From: the human T2T-CHM13v2.0 reference genome, Homo sapiens
Length of the DNA stretch: 64,000 bases
Reading direction: 5' to 3' (one strand)
Assembly: GCF_009914755.1 (NCBI RefSeq)
Contig: NC_060931.1
The notes beneath the pieces are model-generated. The model made no database searches. It saw only the letters and a list, made by a program, of their open reading frames with translations, and had not been told where the DNA came from. Made by a program: the position numbers and the translations under genes. This document shows positions 51,533 through 64,000 of this stretch, one piece after another. Each line of letters starts with the position of its first letter. Position 1 is the first letter of the stretch.

Positions 51533-51840
51533 GGCCAGGCATGGCGGTCCTCCCTATAATCCTAGCACTCTGGGAGGCTGAGGTGAGAGGATCACTTGAT
51601 CCCAGGAGTTCAAAACAGCCTGGGCAACATGGAAAAACCCTGTCTCTAGCTAAAAAAAAATAAAAAAATAAAAAAAAAATTAGCCAGGCATGGTGGCACG
51701 TGCCTGTAATCCCAGCTACTTGGGAGGCTGAGGTGGGAGGATCACCTGAGCCTGGGGAGGTTGAGGCTGCAGTGAGCCATGATTGCACCACTATACTTCA
51801 GCCTGGGTGACAGAGTGAGACCTTGTCTCAAAAAAAAAAA
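51533..51840 (+). mobile_element. AluJ SINE
   Basis: AluJ diagnostics; degenerate TSD attatagattct/attgtatattct. Confidence 0.9.
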
Positions 51841-52034
51841 TTGTATATTCTTCCTTGTTCTCCTCCTACTTCAAGGAAGACATATTGAGTCTAACAAGAG
51901 CCCTTCAGTCTCACTCCTTAAGCCCTGGGGCCTTGGTCTACTATATCCTTTCCAAGTTGTTCCCTAATAGCATCTTATTTCAATAGTGACCCACTGGGGA
52001 AGGTCCCAGGAAAGATGCTTGGTTTTGCATGTGA

Positions 52035-52436
<402 letters not shown>

Positions 52437-53199
52437 TGATGGCCAGTAGAGATGATGTAATAATAATTTTATTGGATCAATATATCATTTAGAAAATAAA
52501 ATCTCTCCCCTTCACTGGGTGATGACCATGAGGGGAAATGCCTGTGTCTGGTCAGTAATTTATGTCTGTCAAGCACAATGAATGGGATCTCTAGCTCAAT
52601 GCACTTGTCTTTGTGTTTTACTGTATACTCTATGTTTCCAGCAGTGTCTGTAAAACATCCCTCTGAAGGGCTCTCCTTTGAGCAGGAGGCAGCTCCGTCC
52701 CCCCAAGAGGTTTAGATCCCAGTCAAGCAGGGAGCTGGCCTGGCCATGGCTTTTCATTTCTTTGTGCAGCAGATGACAAGGTCAGTTTCGTTAGGCCAGT
52801 GCTTGCGAAGACACTTCTTTGCCTTCCTTAGCAAGCATTAGGAGACCCATTTTACAGATAGGGAAAACAGGGGACTAAAAGGGTAGAGCTTTCCTGCAGC
52901 CCATAAGGTTAAAAAAAAAAAAAAAAAAGGTCTTCATTTTCAACAGTAATAAAACACTCTGTCCATGCCTCTCTACAACTTTGTGGCTGGGATCAGAGCA
53001 GGAGAAGGTGGGTAGGAAACCATATCACTTTGTCATGACAGCTTCATCCAAGTCCGGAGCACAGAGCAGCTCGGCTCTCTATCTCTTTCCAAGTCCTTTC
53101 TAATCCTATCATCACATTCTGACCCATGGCCTCCCCGCCTCCATCCCCTCTTCTCTCCTGAGCTGGCAAATCCTTTGGAGCTGGCACTTCTGTGCCATA

Positions 53200-53600
53200 T
53201 TGCTTGGTACTGTGTTCGTGTGCCGCTTTGTTTTGGTTCAAGCCAGCTCCCTGCACAATGAAATTAGAATGCCTGGGTGCTGGAGAGGGGGTTGGGGGAG
53301 AAGAGCACAGGATTAATGGCAATATGCAGGGAGACATTTAATCAATCAGGGGCTTTCTGAAAAAAACAAAAAGACAAAAATGAGAAAATGAAGGAAACCA
53401 TTATTTAGCGTGTGCTGGGCACTACATTCGACTACCAAAATACAGAAACAAAAACCGCAAAGGAAATTAATTTCGTTGAAGTGGTATTGACAATAAAATA
53501 GATGCTGTCTTGTTTTGATAAATTTATATATGGTATTGCTATTCCTCTGTCTGCTGACGGTGCTTGAGTCATTTCTCCTATAGTGGAGAGTGGGCTGAGC
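53200..53600. promoter_or_regulatory. Candidate enhancer (homeodomain motif cluster)
   Basis: TGATTGAT (minus, 53341-53348), GATTAATGG, palindrome GAAATTAATTTC; non-repeat; motif-level evidence only. Confidence 0.3.
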
Positions 53601-54114
53601 TAAACTTCTGCACTCTCATGGCAAACTCACTTCTGAACAGGGCATCCATTCATCTACCCATTCACCCACTCAGCTTTTGAGGGGAGGAAAGGGGATGGGC
53701 CACATGATTTATGTATTCAGGACCAAATCTTATAACTAAGAGACACATTTACTAGTGAATTATTTATTGACATCTGTGATTTTAGTATTAGGTTGATACA
53801 AAAGTAAGATATACTACAGATTAATTTGTATTAAACAATAGTTTGTTTGAGCCATATGTGCCTGGAACTATTCTGAACACAAGTGGTTCGAGGATAAATA
53901 AGATAGGAAGTCCTCGTCCTCCAGATATACGACTAACATTCGCAACACAGATCTCAGGGGTTGAGTTGATCACTTTGGCCCTGTTGACCCCGGCTGAGTC
54001 AACTACTCTAGAATGAAAATAAATGGTGGGGTTTTTAAAATTTGTTTTATTTTCGTTTTTATAAAGGGCATTCAAGCTTAGAAAAACAGGAAGGCACTCA
54101 ATTTTTAAAAAGCA

Positions 54115-54462
<348 letters not shown>

Positions 54463-55059
54463 TCAACTTGCCTATCCCTCCTTCAATGTGAAAGCTAAAC
54501 TCAAGGGCATATCAATCATCAGCTTTACCATCCAGTCATTTTCAGGATATTCTCAAGGCTACGACCCCACCCCCAGCCCTTTCTCCTGCCACGGCATATA
54601 CCAGATACCTGAAATTTCACGGCTGGTCAAAGATGTACACAAATGGAAAGTTTGGTTATCTCAGAAGCCCCTTGCCCTGGGACCCTTACTAGAGAGCTCC
54701 TTCCCCAGGAGGGCAGAGGGTACTGGGTGAGGAGAACAGGCAGATGTTTGAGTTGAACTCACAGACATCCCTCTGTGAGTGTTAGTGAAGCTCTATGAAA
54801 CACAGCCCTTAGATCTCCTGTCATTCAAGAAGGATTTTTGCTTCTATTATTGTTTACCCTCCAATCACCAGTACCTAGTACTATGCTTGCCACACAGTAG
54901 AAATTCAATAAATGGGCTCTTACAGTTTTAATTTTTTCTCAAAAGGATATGCATACAGAAACAAAGCAAATCATACACAAGTGCTGTGTTGTGCAAAGGG
55001 AGTGTGGAGGCATAAGCAGCTATTGCCAGGTTGTGTAAATATACAATAGGGGTTACTAA

Positions 55060-57480
<2,421 letters not shown>

Positions 57481-57859
57481 CCGAAGGGCTCCCCACTTCT
57501 ATTCAGATTGCTGGTATCCTGTAGGCCACTGTGGACCACACAGAACCCTTGGGGTACACGGGTGTCTGTCTGTAATGCAAACAAGTGCCAGGCAACAAGC
57601 ACAGACCATACATCAGCTGAGAAAAAGGAGGTGAAGGCCAGTCAGGTTCTATAACATAATGCTCCCTAACCTTGCTCTGCTCAATGCACAAATAGAAAGT
57701 GGTACTACTTAGTGCATTTGGGGAAGCAGAAGGTGCTGACTGCAGCCAGAGACCAGGCTGGAGCTCACGCCATTCCTGGCCCCACATGACCCTCCAGCAA
57801 ACCTAGAGGATCAAGCAGCGCCATGTTGGTGGTGATTACCTTAACCTAAATGATATTTA

Positions 57860-60300
57860 TAACTCTACTTCTTGGTTTTTCAACTTACAATGTCCTCATT
57901 TAAAACTTAGCTCAATGTGTGTGGTTTCATATTTTTTATTGATATATTTACTTTTATAACATTAAATCACAGTACCTCCATTTACTGTTCCATCAATTTT
58001 AGTCAGTATTTTGATTCTCCTTCAGATAAGATGGGAGTATTTATGCCCCTACCCATCCTTCTCCCTTCTGTCTCCAACCTGCTGTCGAATAAATTTCACA
58101 TTAAAAAGCTGATATTAAGATTTGCATTCTGTAACTACAATGCTATCCTCTGAGCTTCCATAGATGCACTCTAAATGTTGTTGTTGTTAGCAACAATTAT
58201 GATCACAATACACAAATTGCTCTGCCTGAACAAGTGGGGCCAGTGTGTCAATTTCCTTTCTACAAATCTGAAATTGCAATCCTTAGGCCACTCAAAGAAT
58301 AATGGTCATCCCAGCATAAAGCTCAATGAATTCCCTTTCTTACATTCCAGCAATTGCTTAAAGTCATGATACATTTTGCTTATTGGGATACTGACTTTGT
58401 GGTACAGCTTCTTGTTTATCTAGGTGCTTCCAAGCACATTTTTTCCTTTGACTAATGGTCATTTTTCATGTTTTAAGATGTTCCATCCTTGAGAGGATAT
58501 TCCTACCACAGGAGTGCTCTTTCTTCTCATTCCCCCTTGCAGAACTCTTTGCTCTTCTTTTCCAGTCTGGATTGCTCGTCCTCCAGGATCAGCCTGGCTG
58601 TTACTCTGGGGTCTCCTTAGCTGTTCTCCTGAATTGGACCTGATCTCCTGTCTCCTGGATCCCATGTCTTTCTCTTCCTCTGTTTACTTCCCCATGCTGC
58701 TGGGATATGACCTCAGATGCTGCCTAAGAAAAGGTATAAGGAAATTAAATTGGCCTTATTCTGCCCTAATATTTGATTGACAATTGGGCTGAGTAAATAA
58801 TTTTTTTTAAGTTAGGTCCTATTCTCTCAGAACTTTGAAGGCATTCTTGTATTGTCTTCTAACACTGAGGGATACAGATGAAAAGTCAATTGCCAGTTTG
58901 AGTTTAGTTTCTTTGAGATAACTTGCATTGTCTCTCTGGGAAATTGTAGGATCTACCAGTTGTCTTTGGTGCTCTAGAATTTTGCAGAAAAATGTCTAAG
59001 TGTTGGGTCATTTGTTTTGCTTTGCTTTGTTTTGTTTTTCCATTTACTATGCTGGATATTTGGGGCCTTTTAAACTTAAGGTCCTTCTTCAGCCCTGATA
59101 AATTTTATTCTACTCTTTCTTTGCTAATTTCCATTTTTTCTATTCTTTCTTTCTGGGATTGATCTTCATTTTATGTTTGACTTCAAGGATGAGCTCTCAT
59201 GTCTCTTACCTTTTCTCCACTATTATTTTTTCTCTTTATATTTCTTTTCTACATTCTGAGAGATTCCCTTGACTTTACATTCCAAGCTTGTTTTGAACAT
59301 TTTTAATTTTGATAATCAAGATTTTTTAAATCTGTAAGAACTATCTCTTTTTCTCTTTCTGTCCCTTTTTCATTGCATTTTATGCTTGTTTTATGGATGT
59401 AATATATCACTGAATTTGAGTATATGAATTACAAGACTTTTTTGGAGATGGACTTGGTGTCCAGTGGGGTCAGTTTGCCTATCTTGGTCTATCTCTTTCA
59501 TGCTTCTGGTTCTTCTCTAATTCTTGTGGTTCTTGGTTGTCCTTCCATAGTTAAACTGGACAAGGCAGCCGATGTGGGATTTTTTTTCTGCATTATGTCG
59601 GAACCCAAGAGGTCTCTTTTTTTTTTTCCCAGCAGCTCTCTTCCTTAGAATCCTGATTAGGAGCTCTCCGTGGGGTGTGAAATATTGCCTGGTGGCATGC
59701 TGTTGGCTTTGGCTTTAGGACGAATGTATGAGGCTCTCACTTAAAAACCAAGCCAAGAACTCCCCAAATGCCAGAACATGGAGGGCTCTATTCTGGACCA
59801 CCAAAACCTGCACTAGATGCCTTAGCTTTCCACAGAGGGCTGATTTAAATTTACAGATATACCCTTTAAATTTTATCTTGAAGCAGATACCAGATTATCT
59901 GTACCAAAGTATGATAGGTGGGCTGTACCAACCATAGCAACTTTTAACCATTCCTCCTCTTGTGAGTCTCATTTCTCACTCCTGTGTTCCACTGTACCTG
60001 CCAACTCTGAGCCCAGAATCCTTTTTGCTTTCTAACAAGCATATGGATTCCCACATCCATTGCAGCCCCACTTTTATTCCAGGTTATGCCTTTTCCCGAC
60101 AGTTGCTTGCATCAAAATCCCATTCATTCCATCTTCCAGAAATGTGTTGGGATTTCTTGCATTCAACAATCTTCCTCCCCAATCTCTTTGCCATGATAGA
60201 CATCTCAGAAGTGACAAAGGTGAAAGCATGTACTCAGCCCACCATTTTGAACCAGAAGTTCTCATTAAAAGTTTGTTTGAAGTCTACTACAAATTCCAAC
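57860..60300 (-). mobile_element. Ancient L1M (L1ME-type) 5'/ORF1 region, degraded
   Basis: T-rich; ctctcagaactttgaaggcatt..ttgtcttct..gatgaaaagtc typical of reverse old-L1 ORF1. Confidence 0.55.
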
Positions 60301-60918
60301 TAGAAACACCATTCTTCTATATGCCAAGCATTGTATCTGACTTTCATAGGCCGCCAGTACAAAAACTATTAGGCTAAAGATTACATTGGGTCTGTTTTTA
60401 TTAAAAAGTTACTAAAGAAAATTCAAAGTAGACTTGAGAGAATAGTTTCAAAGAGTTCAAGGGCACAAAGGCCAGGGTTGGCAGCTTCTGGCATTCCCCC
60501 TGACTGCAGCTGCTGGAGCACACAAGGTGTGGAGGTCACCTCAGCTCCTGCCAGGAGGAGGCAGTGGCTGTCAGTCAAGAGCAAGAGGCGTGCGCCAGGG
60601 CTGTGACCCCCGACTCCTCACCAACAACTTTTTCTCCATGTCAGCTTAGCTGCCAACTTTGCACACACCTGCTTCCTTCTGAATCACCAGCTCAGAAGAA
60701 AGGAAGGAGGTAAGGCCAGCCCTGGACTAGGCTTTGATGTGCTGAGCCACCGCTGATCTTTGAGTAACAGATGCACAGAGCTTCTCCAGCGTATTACTGG
60801 GGACTCTAATTGCCAAAACAGAAATGAATTTGAGCTAGCTTAAGGAAAAAAAGGTGATTTTATCATAAAGGTCTGGGAGTAACTAATGAAACCCAACAGA
60901 CTTTAGAAAGGGTGTAGA

Positions 60919-61210
60919 GGCCAGGCATGGTAATTCATGCCTATAATCCCAACACTTTGGGAGGCTGAGGCAGGGGGATCACTTGAGCCCAGGAGTTAGA
61001 GACCAGTCTGGGCAACACGGCAAAGCCCAATCTCTACAAAAATACAAAAAAATTACCTGGGCATAGTGGCATGTGCCTGTGGTACTTGGGAGGCTGAGGT
61101 GGGAGGATCACCTGAGCCCAAGGAGGTCAAGGCTGCAGTGAGTTGTGATCGCACCACTGCACTCCAGCCTGGGTGACAGAGTGAGACCTAGTCTCAAAAC
61201 AAAAAGAAAG
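60919..61210 (+). mobile_element. AluJ SINE (inside an old MLT1 LTR)
   Basis: AluJ diagnostics. Confidence 0.9.
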
Positions 61211-61416
61211 GCTATTGGACTGAGGACTTGGGAGCTATTAGGATTTGCCTCCATGTCTCATCTCCCAACTCCAGCCCTCTCTGTGTCCTGTTTCTCTCTT
61301 CCTGTAGACTGGCTTTCTCTTCTCTTCTGTCTACGTGGCAGAATGTGGCTACCCCTCTGACTGGGGGTTCACATACACTGGTTTGGCCATGCACAGAGAC
61401 TGACATTTCCTTAGAC

Positions 61417-61632
61417 CAAGGGCTGGCAAATTTCCATAAAGGCCAGATAGAAAATATTTTCGGCTTTATGGACTTTACAGTCTCTGGTATGACTATTCAA
61501 CCTGACCATTGTTTCATGAAAACAGCCATGGCCAAGTTGCAAATAAATGGTCATGTGGCTGTGTCCTAACAAAACTTTATTTACAAAAACAAGAAGGCGA
61601 TGGGCAGAATTTGGCTGGATCACCAACCACTG
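61417..61632. mobile_element. MER58A hAT MITE
   Basis: 8-bp TSD ccttagac at 61409-61416 and 61633-61640; aaaactttatttacaaaaaca core. Confidence 0.88.
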
Positions 61633-62007
61633 CCTTAGACACAACCCAGATTTTCAGAAAAATATGAAGTATTCAGTGTGGGTCACTGAATAACTTAGTC
61701 AGTCCCTAAGTTGGTAAACAAGAGAGACAGGAAAACACAGCAGACACATGGCCACTGGAGGCCTGGGGTGAGGTGTGCAGTTCCCAAAAAGGAGAGTCTA
61801 AGACCACACCTTAATGAGGGGTCACTATATCTACACCTCCTTTAGAGAAGCCATAGCTAAGGATATTAGCTCTTGCATCTTCTGACTTCAGGGTAATCTC
61901 ACAGAACAGGGTAGCAAAAAGCCGTTATAGCATCTTGACATCCCCAGAAACAAAGTCCTGTTTAGAATGAGACATTTGAAAATTCCTCCCAATAAGAAAA
62001 GGAAGTG

Positions 62008-62439
<432 letters not shown>

Positions 62440-62684
62440 TTAAATGGACATTTAGGGGGAGTTTTTACATTTAAACCCAAGGCTCTGAAATTGAACAAAA
62501 GCAATTTTGAGCTACAGTTGGCTGGGAGATTCCACGGCTCTCTGCTCCCCTGGGGCTCAGGACTGTACAGTGGTATGGTTGAGGCTTGAATTATGTGCCC
62601 GATGTGGCTGTAACTCAGTCTGCATCCTAGCCTCCCATGGTGGCCCTGTAGCCTACAGGCATATCATAAAAACGCTGCAGTGGC

Positions 62685-63325
62685 TGTTAGTGGGAATGGA
62701 AAATGGTGCAGCTACTATGAGGCAGTATGGTGTTCCTCAAAAAATTAAAAATAGAACTACCATATGATCCTGCAATTCTACTTCTGGGTATATAGCCAAA
62801 AGAAAAAGAAAGGTCCCGAGGAGATGTTTGCAAATCCATGTTCATAGCAGCATTCGTTATAATAGCCAAAAGGCAGAGGCAGCCCAAATATGCGTTGATG
62901 GGTGAATGGATAAACAAAACATGGTCCATACACACAATGGAATATTATTCAGACTTAAAAAGGAAGGAGATTCTGACACAGGCTACCACATGGATAAATC
63001 CTGGGGACATTCTGCTAAGTGAAAGGTACCTATTCTAGGTGCCTCATATAAGTGGAATCATACACTTACGTGGGGCACCTAGAATAGGTACATAAAGACA
63101 GAAGCTAGAGGGTTGTTGCCAGGGGCTGGGGGGCTAGGAGCTATGGGGGGCTGTTTTTCAATGGAGTAGAGCTTCAGTTTTGCAAGATGAAATGAGTTTC
63201 AGAGATGGATGGTGGTGACGGTTGTGCAATAACTTGAATGTACTTAACATTATTGAACTGAACACTAAAAATGGTACATTTAGATGGTACATTTTATGTG
63301 ATGTATATTTTACTGTAATTTTGTT
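62685..63325 (+). mobile_element. L1MB 3' fragment containing a template-switch hairpin
   Basis: aaaaattaaaaatagaactaccatatgatcc...acaatggaatattattcag...agatggatggtggtga. Confidence 0.85.
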
Positions 63326-64000
63326 TAAGTCTGTAGTGGGAAAGGCTTCAACCTCCATGAGCCCTACTCTATTACGGCAGTGCACAGCTGTGGCCTCTGG
63401 GGCCAAGTGAAACATGACTCCTCACACCAGAACCACGACCCCCAAAAGCTTTCCTGGAATGACCTTGAGTCTCTGCCTTCTATTTTCCTGCAAAAATAAA
63501 AGGTTTTGTTTGTTTGTTTTTCTAGCCACAGAAACAAGGAATAGGTGTTTAGAAACACCCCACTGTCTGCTCCTCTGTGGACCATTCTGGGGTTTTTCCC
63601 CTGAAGTGAGCCTAGAATCTTCCACCCTAAGGACCTGGCCTTCCCAGAAGCCCTGAGGCCCAGAAGCTTGAATAAGTCCCCAGACAGCACCACAAGGGGA
63701 GACACTCTCACAACAGCAGTCCTACTATTGGCCACACCTCATGTGATCTGCTGCAAGAGCAGCGTGCCCCCTCCCCTGATGGGGGTCAGCTAGCAAAGCC
63801 CCCTCCACCACCCACACCATCCCCTCCTCTGAGATCAGAGCCTCCAGGGGAGAGGAGGAGCCCGTGTAATCCCCAGAGCCTCTCTCCAGCAACAGAGAAG
63901 AGCCATGAGCTTCTGCTTCAGGTACAGGCAGACCTTGCTCCAGCCTCCTAAGACCCTTTTTGCTTCAGCCTTGTCCCCTCCAGCCCCTTCTCCATGTGGC

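Overview
This is human/hominoid genomic DNA (AluJ/S/Y, L1PA3/4, MaLR, MIR, L2, L3) that is repeat-rich and apparently intergenic or intronic. I found no credible intact protein-coding exon, RNA gene or CRISPR array. The long ORFs come from L1 ORF2, Alus or a purine microsatellite. The one gene-derived element is a highly diverged, disabled MIA2/cTAGE5-family processed pseudogene (minus strand, ~55.5-57.5 kb). The main unexplained structure is a set of local DNA-templated copying scars. (1) Two independently inserted L1s 11.3 kb apart carry different subfamily-type 3' UTRs yet share many non-consensus variants and a 548-bp tract with only 2 differences, which points to interlocus gene conversion. 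(2) A ~250-bp inverted copy of an ancient L3 fragment sits inside an MLT2 LTR ~1 kb away. (3) An exact 24-bp copy of LTR sequence sits inside a MIR. (4) There are template-switch hairpins in an L1MB and in an AluJ. (5) An Alu tail has expanded into a ~930-bp higher-order purine array whose unit junctions contain the Alu's own target-site duplication. One L1 also shows a twin-priming 5' inversion and a probable 31-bp 3' transduction. Several non-repeat blocks rich in homeodomain/PBX-HOX motifs look like developmental enhancers. Repeat subfamily names come from remembered consensus sequences, not from a database search.
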